The notes: generated by a model not told the origin, from the sequence alone. 33,019 nt of DNA from Bacteroidales bacterium (GCA_028700615.1 JAQVSH010000002.1:1-33019); one strand, 5' to 3'; counted from the stretch's first letter, positions 1-8,278 are shown. A program made the numbers and translations.

Positions 1-837
1 GGTCTGAATATTGACAAATTTTTCAGCAGTCATCGTGGATGCTATGGTAATACCCAGTAGAATCGTAACCAGACTGGCTAATTCATTCTGTGCCGAAAGA
101 GAAAGTTTCTGTAAAACACCACACTCTCTAATCAGATTACCAAACATCAGAAAACCGATCAGGGCAACAGAGGAAGGTGCTATAAATCCGGCAGTGATGG
201 TCACTAAAATCGGGAAAAGAATCAGGGTGGTTCTTGAAACGGATTTAGAACCTCCGGACATATGAATCCTGCGTTCATGAACAGTAGTCAGGGCTTTAAC
301 CACCGGCGGCTGAATAATGGGAACCAGCGCCATATAAGAATAGGCCGCCACAGAAATTGGCCCAAGTAAATTTACGGCAAACTTGGAGGCAACATAGATA
401 GAGGTAGGTCCATCGGCAGCACCGATGATACCGATAGAGGCAGCTTCTTTCAAGTCAAAACCTAATAAGGTAGCCACACCAATTGTAAAAAAGATTCCGA
501 ACTGAGCGGCCGCTCCAAATAAAAGCAAAAAAGGATTTTTAAACAAAGGAGAAAAATCAATCATAGCCCCCACTGCCACAAAAATCAGCAAAGGGAACAC
601 TTCGTTCTGAATTCCTGCATTAAAAAAAACTGTTAAGGCTCCTTCCGGCCCTACTGCTGAAGAAAGTGGAATATTAGCCAATAATGTTCCAAAACCCATG
701 GGCAATAAAAGGGTTGGTTCATAATTTTTCCTGATCGCCAAATAAATGAGGGTCAAACCCACCGCGATCATAACTCCATCCTTCCAGGAAAACAAGGTAA
801 AAGCCTCGAAAAGGCTACTAAACATACTAAGATCCAT
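1..837 (-). CDS. mmdB: Na+-translocating decarboxylase beta subunit (OadB/MmdB/GcdB family); N-terminal 279 codons only, ORF runs off the left edge
   Basis: Absent from the supplied ORF track because there is no stop in the window. My translation of the minus strand from the ATG at 837-835 stays open to nt 1: MDLSMFSSLFEAFTLFSWKDGVMIAVGLTLIYLAIRKNYEPTLLLPMGFGTLLANIPLSS...GIIGAADGPTSIYVASKF...FGNLIRECGV. This is a polytopic membrane protein with the EPxLLLPxGFG and GAADGPT signatures of the beta subunits. The plus-strand ORF 11..265 is its shadow. Confidence 0.85.
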   Translation of the reverse strand, partial: MDLSMFSSLFEAFTLFSWKDGVMIAVGLTLIYLAIRKNYEPTLLLPMGFGTLLANIPLSSAVGPEGALTVFFNAGIQNEVFPLLIFVAVGAMIDFSPLFKNPFLLLFGAAAQFGIFFTIGVATLLGFDLKEAASIGIIGAADGPTSIYVASKFAVNLLGPISVAAYSYMALVPIIQPPVVKALTTVHERRIHMSGGSKSVSRTTLILFPILVTITAGFIAPSSVALIGFLMFGNLIRECGVLQKLSLSAQNELASLVTILLGITIASTMTAEKFVNIQT

Positions 838-938
838 CGTGTTGTTGTTATGAGATTTATTAAAACAATAATTTAAAAATATACAAAGAATTTAATGCCT
901 ATCCAACAATAATAATAAGGGTTAAAAAAAAGAAAGGA

Positions 939-946
939 CAAAAGTA
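939..946 (-). promoter_or_regulatory. Candidate Bacteroides-type -7 box (TAnnTTTG) upstream of mmdB
   Basis: The minus strand reads TACTTTTG, about 100 nt upstream of the mmdB ATG and just after the dnaX stop. No convincing -33 TTTG. Confidence 0.2.
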
Positions 947-952
947 AATATT

Positions 953-2704
953 TTAATCGAAATCCAGCCCAAAAACCTGACGGAGACTAATTATTTCAGG
1001 ATTTAACTCCGATAAATAAGCCAGCTTATCTTCGGAAGAATAGGGCCGGGCATCTTCTTCTGATATTTCTTCATCTACATACAAATCCAGAAAGAGTTCC
1101 GGCAGGTTCAATTCCTTTTTCAATCTGGATTGTATTTCTTCGCCAAACTCCTTCATCTTTTCCAGTTGAAGGGTTCCGGAAACACTAAACCTGATTTTTG
1201 ACCCGGATTCCGGAACCGGATCATGTTTGTTCATAATGTTGTATACTCTGGGTTCCGGAGAGAGAAAGGTCTTGGCAATATCAGCCCACGCGCGAGAAAG
1301 ATCCTCCTGACTCAGAGAGGATTTCGAAACAGGGGTTTCCGGAAGGTCTGATTTTTTGAGGGGTTCCGGAGAAGCAGAAACTCCATCGGAGGTTAAAGCG
1401 GAATGCTCGGTTTTTTTTAAAAGAGCCTTTTTGATGGAAGGGCCTTTGGAAATTGTTTTTTGCGGTGTCAGATCCGGTGCTTTAACAGGCTCTGCTTTTA
1501 CAGACTCTGCAGACCCGGAAACCTCTGTGCCGGATGATGGCACAGGTTCTTTTTTCTCTGAATGAGAAGGTTTGGGCTGAATCTCCCGGACACTCAGGTC
1601 ATTTTTTTTTTCGTTCTGCAGAGAAGAAATTTTCAGCAAGGCCAACTCAACATGGAGCCTTTGATTCTTGCTGCTTTTATATCCCACATCACAGACGCTG
1701 CATATTTCCAGCGCATTCAACAAAAACTCCAGAGGACAGGATTTTACCTGAACCTTGTACCGATCCCTGATATTATCCCCCACATCGAGTAAAGGAAGGG
1801 TTATTTCATCGCGGCAGACCAGCAGATCTCTCAGATGGGAGGCCAGTCCGGAGATAAAATGATGCCCGTCAAAACCGCTCTTGAGAATCTCATCAAAAAT
1901 TAAAAGGGAATTTCCGAAGTCACCCTTCAGCATAGCCTCGGTAAGACGGAAATAATAATCGTAATCCAGCACATTCAAACTCCGGATTACCTGATCATAG
2001 ATTACCTCGCCTCCCGAAAAACTAACAATCTGATCAAAAACAGAAAGGGCATCCCGCATTCCGCCTTCAGCCTTCTGGGCAATAATGGTCAGGCCATCCC
2101 GTTCATAATGAATGCCTTCCTGAACAGAGATTTGTTCGAGATAACGAACCGTGTCTTCAATTCGGATTCTTTGGAAATCAAAGACCTGACAACGGGAAAG
2201 AATCGTTGGTAAAATCTTATGTTTTTCGGTCGTGGCCAGAATAAACAAGGCATGGGCCGGGGGTTCCTCCAATGTTTTCAGAAAAGCATTAAAAGCCGCA
2301 GAGGAAAGCATATGTACTTCATCAATGATGTAAATGCTATATTTGCCCATCTGCGGAGGAATCCTGACCTGATCGATCAAAGACCGGATGTCATCCACGC
2401 TGTTGTTGGAAGCGGCATCCAATTCATGAATATTATAGGAGCGCTGTTCTGAAAATGCCTTACAGGATTCGCATTCCTGGCAGGCTTCGGTATCGGAAGT
2501 AATATGAGAACAATTCAGGGTTTTGGCCAAAATCCGGGCACAGGTTGTTTTTCCCACCCCCCGGGGCCCGCAAAACAGATAGGCATGAGCCACCTGATTA
2601 TTCTTAATGGCATTCTTCAGGGTGGCAGTCACCGCATCCTGTCCCACCACAGACTGAAAAGTAGCAGGCCGGTATTTTCTGGCAGAGACTAAAAAATTAT
2701 CCAT
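953..2704 (-). CDS. dnaX: DNA polymerase III subunit gamma/tau
   Basis: MDNFLVSARKYRPATFQSVVGQD..., Walker A GPRGVGKTT, zinc module CxxCxxC (CQECESC), DEVHML Walker B and SRC motif. The start is moved from 2824 to the ATG at 2704 because the 40-codon extension (MGCKYRFFSF...) covers the rpsF promoter region and is not DnaX-like. Confidence 0.9.
   Translation of the reverse strand: MDNFLVSARKYRPATFQSVVGQDAVTATLKNAIKNNQVAHAYLFCGPRGVGKTTCARILAKTLNCSHITSDTEACQECESCKAFSEQRSYNIHELDAASNNSVDDIRSLIDQVRIPPQMGKYSIYIIDEVHMLSSAAFNAFLKTLEEPPAHALFILATTEKHKILPTILSRCQVFDFQRIRIEDTVRYLEQISVQEGIHYERDGLTIIAQKAEGGMRDALSVFDQIVSFSGGEVIYDQVIRSLNVLDYDYYFRLTEAMLKGDFGNSLLIFDEILKSGFDGHHFISGLASHLRDLLVCRDEITLPLLDVGDNIRDRYKVQVKSCPLEFLLNALEICSVCDVGYKSSKNQRLHVELALLKISSLQNEKKNDLSVREIQPKPSHSEKKEPVPSSGTEVSGSAESVKAEPVKAPDLTPQKTISKGPSIKKALLKKTEHSALTSDGVSASPEPLKKSDLPETPVSKSSLSQEDLSRAWADIAKTFLSPEPRVYNIMNKHDPVPESGSKIRFSVSGTLQLEKMKEFGEEIQSRLKKELNLPELFLDLYVDEEISEEDARPYSSEDKLAYLSELNPEIISLRQVFGLDFD
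1577..1611 (-). other. Putative dnaX recoding cassette: A10 slippery tract (1602-1611) plus downstream hairpin (1577-1597)
   Basis: The minus strand reads CAG AAC GAA AAA AAA AAT GAC CTG AGT. The -1 frame gives AAA AAA AAA TGA (stop at 1601-1599). The +1 frame gives ATG ACC TGA (stop at 1596-1594). The hairpin CTGAGTGTCCGGGAGATTCAG starts 4 nt after the tract. Confidence 0.45.
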
Positions 2705-2723
2705 AACAGAATGCTTATGGGGA

Positions 2724-2731
2724 CAAAGATA
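2724..2731 (-). promoter_or_regulatory. Candidate -7 box for dnaX
   Basis: The minus strand reads TATCTTTG (a TAnnTTTG match), ending 20 nt upstream of the dnaX ATG. The same octamer occurs upstream of recQ. Confidence 0.3.
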
Positions 2732-2784
2732 GAAAAAATTAACCTCTAAAAAACTTGGGAAAATCAGTATTTTAATGCCAGTAC

Positions 2785-2816
2785 TTTGGCGATAAAAAGA
2801 AAAAAATCTATATTTG
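2785..2816 (+). promoter_or_regulatory. Bacteroides-type promoter of the rpsF-rpsR-rplI operon (-33 TTTG, -7 TAtaTTTG)
   Basis: TTTG at 2785-2788 and TATATTTG at 2809-2816, with 20 nt between the elements, which fits the known 19-21 nt spacing. It ends 45 nt upstream of the rpsF ATG. Confidence 0.5.
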
Positions 2817-2860
2817 CACCCCATTAATCATCACATTTATTATCATTTAATAACAACAAC

Positions 2861-3211
2861 ATGTTAAACCAGTACGAAACCGTTTTCATTTTGACTCCCG
2901 TTTTGTCTGATGCACAGGCAAAGGAAGCGGTAGAAAAATTCAAAGGTCTCATCACCGCTGAAGGTGGAGAGATCGTGCATGAAGAGGACTGGGGGCTGAA
3001 AAAATTAGCTTACCCTATCCGTAAAAAACATTCAGGCTTTTACAACCTGATCGAATTCAAAGCTCCCGGAGTTTTTGTAGATAAGCTCGAAACCGAGTAT
3101 CGTCGGGATGAGCGGATTATTCGGTTTTTGACTTTCCGTATGGAAAAACATGCAATCGAATATGCCATTAAGAAAAGAAATAAGAAAAAAGAACAAAAAA
3201 CGGAGGAATAA
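2861..3211 (+). CDS. rpsF: 30S ribosomal protein S6
   Basis: [17 protein letters not shown]...[10 protein letters not shown] is a typical S6 N-terminus, followed by a Lys/Glu-rich tail. First gene of the S6-S18-L9 cluster. Confidence 0.95.
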   Translation: MLNQYETVFILTPVLSDAQAKEAVEKFKGLITAEGGEIVHEEDWGLKKLAYPIRKKHSGFYNLIEFKAPGVFVDKLETEYRRDERIIRFLTFRMEKHAIEYAIKKRNKKKEQKTEE

Positions 3212-3214
3212 ATT

Positions 3215-3484
3215 ATGAGCCAGAATCCATCGGAAATAAGATATTTGACCCCCCCGACGATTGAGGTCAGAAAGAAAAAATATTGCCGGTTTAAAAGAGC
3301 AGGCATCAAGTACATAGATTATAAAGATCCTGATTTTCTCAAGAAGTTTCTGAATGAACAGGGGAAGATTCTTCCACGCCGCCTTACCGGAACTTCACTG
3401 AAATTCCAACGCAGAGTAGCCACCGCCATTAAGCGTGCCCGCCATCTGGCCCTGCTTCCCTATGTAACCGACTTAATGAAGTAA
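3215..3484 (+). CDS. rpsR: 30S ribosomal protein S18
   Basis: CRF...IKYIDYKD...[20 protein letters not shown]....AIKRAR.LALLPY is the canonical S18 pattern. The start lies 3 nt after the rpsF stop. Confidence 0.95.
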   Translation: MSQNPSEIRYLTPPTIEVRKKKYCRFKRAGIKYIDYKDPDFLKKFLNEQGKILPRRLTGTSLKFQRRVATAIKRARHLALLPYVTDLMK

Positions 3485-3501
3485 AACTGGAGGACTGAGT
3501 A

Positions 3502-3948
3502 ATGGAAATTATATTAATACAAGATGTTATTAATCTTGGACAAAAAGATGACATCATCAAGGTGAAAGATGGATATGCACAAAACTATCTGATTCCCAAA
3601 GGTCTTGCCATCACAGCAAACCCCTCTGCAAAAAAGATTCTGGCTGAAAATGTACGCCAGAGAGCTCATAAAGAGGCTAAAATTCGCGAAGAAGCTCAGG
3701 CTTTGGCCGCAAAAATGGAAGGTATTCAACTTACAATCGGAGCAAAAACCAGCACTACCGGGAAAATTTTTGGTTCCGTGAATACAATTCAAATTGCTGA
3801 AGCCCTTTCTGCCAAAGGTTTTGACATTGACCGCAAGAGCATCTATCTTTCGGACGATGCCATTAAAGAAACAGGTAACTATAAGGTAAAAGTCAAACTG
3901 CACCGGGAAGTATTTGTACAGGTTGACTTAGAAGTGATCGCAGAATAA
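3502..3948 (+). CDS. rplI: 50S ribosomal protein L9
   Basis: MEIILIQDVINLGQKDDIIKVKDGYAQNYLIPKGLA is a canonical L9 N-terminal domain. 148 aa. Confidence 0.95.
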   Translation: MEIILIQDVINLGQKDDIIKVKDGYAQNYLIPKGLAITANPSAKKILAENVRQRAHKEAKIREEAQALAAKMEGIQLTIGAKTSTTGKIFGSVNTIQIAEALSAKGFDIDRKSIYLSDDAIKETGNYKVKVKLHREVFVQVDLEVIAE

Positions 3949-3961
3949 ATTTCTAACCCAT

Positions 3962-3999
3962 AAAAAAGAGACCGGAATTTTTTAATTCCGGTTTTTTTT
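3962..3999. terminator. Bidirectional Rho-independent terminator between convergent rplI and mnmD
   Basis: Stem ACCGGAATT (3971-3979) pairs with AATTCCGGT (3984-3992), flanked by A6 on the left and T8 on the right. It can therefore terminate both strands. Confidence 0.7.
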
Positions 4000-4006
4000 G
4001 TCCCGA

Positions 4007-4657
4007 TCAGGACCTTACCCGCGCCCTGATCATCTCTCTTTTGCCTCTGGGACCGGGGATCCGTTCCACCTCAAAGCCAAGAGACTGAAGCGTTCTTCTT
4101 ACAATGCCCTTGGCACAATAGGTTGTAAAAATCCCGCCGGGATTCATCACTTCCCTGACCTTGGACAAAACATCCGCAGACCATAGTTCAGGCTGCACTT
4201 CAGGAGAAAATGCATCATAATAGACCACATCAAAAAAATCATCAGGTTTCCAAAGCATGAGATCCACCTGAAGTTTACGAATAAGGAAAAAATCAGTTAC
4301 AGAAATCTGCTGATCCCAGGCAACTTCATGAATTGCTTTAAAATATCCGGCTTCACTCCCCTGCCGGTTCTGATTTAACGCTTCCCACTGAGAACGCCCC
4401 AGGGGAAAACGCTCCAGTGCAGTATACAAAGTCTTCCTCCGGAGTTTTTCCGCTTCTAATAAAGTGAGCCACGCATTCAATCCGCTTCCGAAACCCATCT
4501 CGAGTACAGAAACCGGATTTTTGTCAGTCAGGCCATATCCTGCAGAAATAAATACATGCTCCGACTCTGACCTGGCTCCGTAAACAGAATGGTAGGTCTC
4601 TCCAAACTGATCAGACCGCATAGTGAAGGAACCATCTTCTGTCAAAATTGTATCCAT
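4007..4657 (-). CDS. mnmD: tRNA (mnm5s2U34) methyltransferase, stand-alone MnmC methyltransferase domain (DUF752/MnmD type)
   Basis: ETYHSVYGARSESEHVFI, SAM motif LEMGFGSGLN, and YYDAFSPEVQPELWS...GIVRRTLQSLGFEVERIPGPRGKREM match the MnmC N-terminal methyltransferase domain. There is no FAD oxidoreductase domain. Confidence 0.75.
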   Translation of the reverse strand: MDTILTEDGSFTMRSDQFGETYHSVYGARSESEHVFISAGYGLTDKNPVSVLEMGFGSGLNAWLTLLEAEKLRRKTLYTALERFPLGRSQWEALNQNRQGSEAGYFKAIHEVAWDQQISVTDFFLIRKLQVDLMLWKPDDFFDVVYYDAFSPEVQPELWSADVLSKVREVMNPGGIFTTYCAKGIVRRTLQSLGFEVERIPGPRGKREMIRARVRS

Positions 4658-4663
4658 GAAGGT

Positions 4664-4694
4664 AAAAAAAAGAGGCGCCGTAATAAGGCGCCTC
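4664..4694 (-). terminator. Rho-independent terminator of the EF-G paralog gene
   Basis: The minus strand reads GAGGCGCC-UUAUUAC-GGCGCCUC followed by U8. This is a perfect 8-bp GC-rich stem, starting 18 nt after the stop at 4712. Confidence 0.75.
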
Positions 4695-4711
4695 CGATTG
4701 GTAAAGTTTTG

Positions 4712-6865
4712 CTATTCCTCTTTATTTTCTGCCTCGTAGGCTTTCAGCAGTTTATCCTGAACATCGGAAGGAACCTGCTGGTATTCCAGAAAATTCATCT
4801 CATAGGAAGCTCTTCCGGAAGTCAGCGAACTCAAAGTAGTGGAATATTTATACATCTCGGACAAAGGAACTCTGGCCTTGAGAATCTGGAATCCTTTGTC
4901 AGAACTCATGCCTTCGATCATGGCACGACGACCCTGCAAATCACCCATTACATCTCCCATGTATTCCGAAGGAACCATCACTTCCACATTGTAAATGGGT
5001 TCCATAATCTTGGCGCCTGCATTTTTAAAGGCAATCCGGAATGCATTTCGTCCGGCCAGCATAAAGGAAAGTTCATTGGAATCGACCGGGTGCATTTTCC
5101 CGTCATAAACATAAACTTTAATATCACGTGCATAAGAACCTGTTAAAGGACCTTCTTCCATTTTTTCCATCACCCCCTTCAAAATGGCGGGCAAAAATCT
5201 GGCATCAATAGATCCCCCGACAATGCAATTATAATAGACCAACTTACCACCCCAGTCAAGATTAAATTCTTCCTTGGCTTTCAGGTTCAAGACCAATTCT
5301 TTGCCATCTACCTTAAAACGATTGTTTTCGGGAGCTCCTTCAATATAGGGCTCAATCAACATATGAACTTCTCCAAACTGACCTGCTCCCCCGGATTGTT
5401 TCTTATGACGGTAGTCTGCTGCAGAGATCTTTGTAATGGTTTCGCGATAAGGTATTTTCGGAACGACAAACTCAACTTCAATTTTATTGAGATTGGACAA
5501 TGTCCATTTCAGAATATTGAGGTGATGTTCACCTTGTCCCTGGAGAATAATCTGTTTAAGTTCTTTCGAATATTCAACGCGAATGGTCGGATCTTCCTGA
5601 GCTGCCTTGTTGAGTAGTTCGCCCAGCTTTTCAGAATCGCTTTCTTTCAAAGGCTTGATGGCTGTTCTGAATTTGGGATTGGGAAGAATAATATTCGGGA
5701 ATTTATACATTTTCCCTGAGCACAAGGTATGATTGGTCCTCGTGTTTTTCAGTTTTACAGTACAACCTATATCTCCGGCCAACAATTCAGTCACTTTTTC
5801 TTTCTTTTTACCGGCTACCGCAAAAATTTGAGAAACCCGCTCTTTTCCTTCGTTCGTGGTATTGGTAAGATCCATACCTTCTGTAACCTTTCCCGAAACC
5901 ACGCGGAAATAATTAACATCTCCCAAATGCTGTTCCATAGAAGACTTAAAGAAGAACAAAGAGGTGGAAGCAGAAGCTTCACAGGGAACGGATACCCCAT
6001 CCACAGTAGTAAACTGATTTCCTTTGGAGGGATCGGGAGCTACGTTAATGATGAATTCCATCAATCTTTTGGTCCCAATATCTTTTTTGGCAGAAGCACA
6101 AAAAACAGGAAATACAGTATCTTTTCCCAAACCAATCCGTAATCCTTTACGAATTTCATCTTCGGTCAATGATCCTTTTTCAAAATATACTTCAATTAAA
6201 TTTTCATCATTTTCAGCGGCCGATTCAACCAGTGCAGCATGGAGTTCATCGGCTTTGTCCTGAAATTCGGCAGGGATAGGTAATTCTTCACGAATTCCGG
6301 TATCTCCTTTGAATTTGAACATCTTCATCAACAAAACGTCAATAAAAGCATCAAAATCAACTCCGGCATTCACCGGAAACTGAACCGGAACCACCTTAGA
6401 GCCAAAACTGGTTTTCAAAGACTCCAAAGTTGCATCGTAATTGGCTTTATCATGATCCAACTGATTGACCACAAAGATCAAAGGTTTATGCTGTTCCTGA
6501 GCGTATCTGGCAAAAATCTCGGTACCCACTTCAACGCCATTCTGTGCATTAACAACCATTACACCTGTATCCGCCACACTGAAAGCAGAAAAGACTCCGC
6601 CGGAGAAATCGTCTGACCCCGGGGTGTCAATAAAATTCAGCTTTCTGTCCATGAATTCGGTAAAGAGCACCGTAGAATAGATGGAGCGCTGATAATTCTG
6701 CTCAATTTCCGTATAATCAGATACGGTATTTTTTGCTTCCACTGTTCCGCGGCGCTCAATCACTTTGCCTTCATACATCATGGCTTCCGCCAGAGAAGTT
6801 TTGCCCGATCCTGTATTTCCGAGCAAGACCACATTTCTAATTTGATCGGTGTTATAGGTTTTCAT
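4712..6865 (-). CDS. Elongation factor G paralog (EF-G2-like translational GTPase-family protein with degenerate G motifs)
   Basis: 717 aa with EF-G five-domain length and overall pattern. P-loop is GNTGSGKT. G3 is DTPGS (Ser84 codon at 6614-6616) instead of DTPGH. G4 is NQLD instead of NKMD. Confidence 0.9.
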   Translation of the reverse strand: MKTYNTDQIRNVVLLGNTGSGKTSLAEAMMYEGKVIERRGTVEAKNTVSDYTEIEQNYQRSIYSTVLFTEFMDRKLNFIDTPGSDDFSGGVFSAFSVADTGVMVVNAQNGVEVGTEIFARYAQEQHKPLIFVVNQLDHDKANYDATLESLKTSFGSKVVPVQFPVNAGVDFDAFIDVLLMKMFKFKGDTGIREELPIPAEFQDKADELHAALVESAAENDENLIEVYFEKGSLTEDEIRKGLRIGLGKDTVFPVFCASAKKDIGTKRLMEFIINVAPDPSKGNQFTTVDGVSVPCEASASTSLFFFKSSMEQHLGDVNYFRVVSGKVTEGMDLTNTTNEGKERVSQIFAVAGKKKEKVTELLAGDIGCTVKLKNTRTNHTLCSGKMYKFPNIILPNPKFRTAIKPLKESDSEKLGELLNKAAQEDPTIRVEYSKELKQIILQGQGEHHLNILKWTLSNLNKIEVEFVVPKIPYRETITKISAADYRHKKQSGGAGQFGEVHMLIEPYIEGAPENNRFKVDGKELVLNLKAKEEFNLDWGGKLVYYNCIVGGSIDARFLPAILKGVMEKMEEGPLTGSYARDIKVYVYDGKMHPVDSNELSFMLAGRNAFRIAFKNAGAKIMEPIYNVEVMVPSEYMGDVMGDLQGRRAMIEGMSSDKGFQILKARVPLSEMYKYSTTLSSLTSGRASYEMNFLEYQQVPSDVQDKLLKAYEAENKEE

Positions 6866-7022
6866 AATTATAAAGAATATCGATTATTTTACATAAAAAA
6901 TTTTTTAAACCAATCTCTAAATGTATAAAAAAAATATAGAGATTCAAAAAGCCCTCTGTACATTTCTGATATCCCTCTTCCTCATTCCTTCGAAAGTACT
7001 AGAATTATTCTAAAGAATAGAG

Positions 7023-7030
7023 TATTTTTG
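7023..7030 (+). promoter_or_regulatory. Candidate -7 box for the sigma-54 response regulator gene
   Basis: TATTTTTG matches TAnnTTTG, 76 nt upstream of the ATG at 7106. No clear -33 element. Confidence 0.3.
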
Positions 7031-7105
7031 TTTCAACACAGAAATATATTCTGACTTCGGCAATAAGGATATTTTTCCTTTACCCTTGGTTTTACAAACG
7101 TTTTT

Positions 7106-8278
7106 ATGATAAAAGTACTGGTTATTGACGACGAAAAAAGCATCAGGAATACCCTTAAAGAAATTTTAGAGTATGAAAATTGCGAAGTGGATGTGGCAGA
7201 AGACGGCTTCGCAGGGTTAGAGATGCTCTCCGGACAATCCTATGATGTAGTCCTATGCGACATAAAAATGCCCAAAATGGACGGGACCGAAGTTCTGACC
7301 AAAATTATGTCAACCCATCCCGAGATTTCTGTCGTGATGATCTCCGGACACGGAAACATTGATACCGCCGTGGATTGTATTAAGAAAGGGGCTTTTGATT
7401 TTATTGAAAAGCCGCTGGATCTTAACCGGTTACTGATTACGATCCGCAATGCCATGGAGAAATCCACTCTGGTCACCGAAACAAAAACCCTGAAAAGGAA
7501 AGTCGGAAAAGTGTATGAGATGATCGGAGAATCGGAAGCCATGAAAAAGGTCATGGATATGATTGACCGGGTGGCTCCAACGGAGGCTCGTGTACTGATC
7601 ACCGGCAACAACGGAACCGGCAAGGAACTGGTTGCAAGATGGTTGCACGAAAAAAGCCACAGGGCTTCAGGTCCTTTTATTGAAGTGAATTGTGCTGCAA
7701 TTCCGACAGAACTGATTGAAAGTGAATTATTCGGCCACGAAAAAGGCGCCTTTACCTCTGCAGTAAAAGACCGAAAAGGCAAATTTGAAGCAGCCATCGG
7801 AGGAACTCTTTTCCTGGATGAAATCGGAGATATGAGCCTTTCGGCTCAGGCAAAGGTGTTGCGGGCTTTGCAGGAAAATAAGATCTCCCGGGTGGGAAGT
7901 GAAAAAGATATTGACGTGGATGTGCGTGTAGTAGCGGCCACCAATAAGGATATTAAGAAAGAAATCGAAGCAGGTCGGTTTCGGGAAGATTTATACCACC
8001 GCCTGAGTGTTATCTTAATTCACGTACCTACACTCAACGAACGGATCGAGGATATACCCCTGCTTACGGCTTATTTTAACCGATTGATCTGCGGAGAATA
8101 CGGAATTCCTCATAAAACCTTTTCAGAAGATGCCATCGCTGAACTCCAAAAAATCGAATGGACCGGAAATATCCGGGAGTTTAGAAATGTACTGGAAAGA
8201 CTGATCATCCTTTGCGACAAAACCATTACGGGAAAAGATGTGCTGGATTTTGCCCAACCTATTTCTCAAAGAGGATAG
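7106..8278 (+). CDS. Sigma-54-dependent response regulator (REC + AAA+ sigma-54 interaction domain) without a C-terminal HTH
   Basis: REC domain with DD...D52...K pattern ([13 protein letters not shown]). AAA+ Walker A is GNNGTGKE, the L1 loop is GAFTSA (7745-7762), and Walker B is LFLDEIGD. The protein ends about 12 aa after the [15 protein letters not shown] helix, so there is no Fis-type HTH. Confidence 0.85.
   Translation: MIKVLVIDDEKSIRNTLKEILEYENCEVDVAEDGFAGLEMLSGQSYDVVLCDIKMPKMDGTEVLTKIMSTHPEISVVMISGHGNIDTAVDCIKKGAFDFIEKPLDLNRLLITIRNAMEKSTLVTETKTLKRKVGKVYEMIGESEAMKKVMDMIDRVAPTEARVLITGNNGTGKELVARWLHEKSHRASGPFIEVNCAAIPTELIESELFGHEKGAFTSAVKDRKGKFEAAIGGTLFLDEIGDMSLSAQAKVLRALQENKISRVGSEKDIDVDVRVVAATNKDIKKEIEAGRFREDLYHRLSVILIHVPTLNERIEDIPLLTAYFNRLICGEYGIPHKTFSEDAIAELQKIEWTGNIREFRNVLERLIILCDKTITGKDVLDFAQPISQRG

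Noticed and set aside
11-265. Plus-strand 84-aa ORF listed in the track at the left edge
   Set aside because: It lies antisense to a 279-codon open frame that encodes a clearly recognisable decarboxylase beta subunit. It is a shadow ORF.
1401-1408. Second A8 slippery run in dnaX (TTA AAA AAA ACC)
   Set aside because: The -1 frame after this run stays open for dozens of codons and the site lies well inside the tau-specific linker. It therefore lacks the signature of a programmed gamma-producing site, unlike the A10 tract at 1602-1611.
2705-2824. N-terminal extensions of track ORFs (dnaX to 2824, oxidoreductase from 11455, exonuclease to 15216, M14 from 17813, tex from 20156, HTCS to 31171, pgeF TTG at 22782)
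   Set aside because: The extensions run through promoter or AT-rich intergenic sequence, overlap upstream genes, and precede internal ATGs that give canonical N-termini (signal peptides, conserved first motifs).
3249-3255. C7 homopolymer in rpsR as a possible phase-variable tract
   Set aside because: It lies in an essential ribosomal protein gene, encodes a conserved Thr-Pro-Pro segment, and is shorter than typical contingency tracts.
7240-7797. Long antisense or alternative-frame ORFs inside confident genes (for example 7240..7797, 3514..3903, 4589..5146, 8323..8808, 21170..21802, 24526..24984, 31701..32192, 32262..32981)
   Set aside because: Each is fully embedded opposite or out of frame in a gene with strong family motifs. 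Their translations are low-complexity or compositionally odd with no recognisable motifs, which is typical of shadow ORFs.
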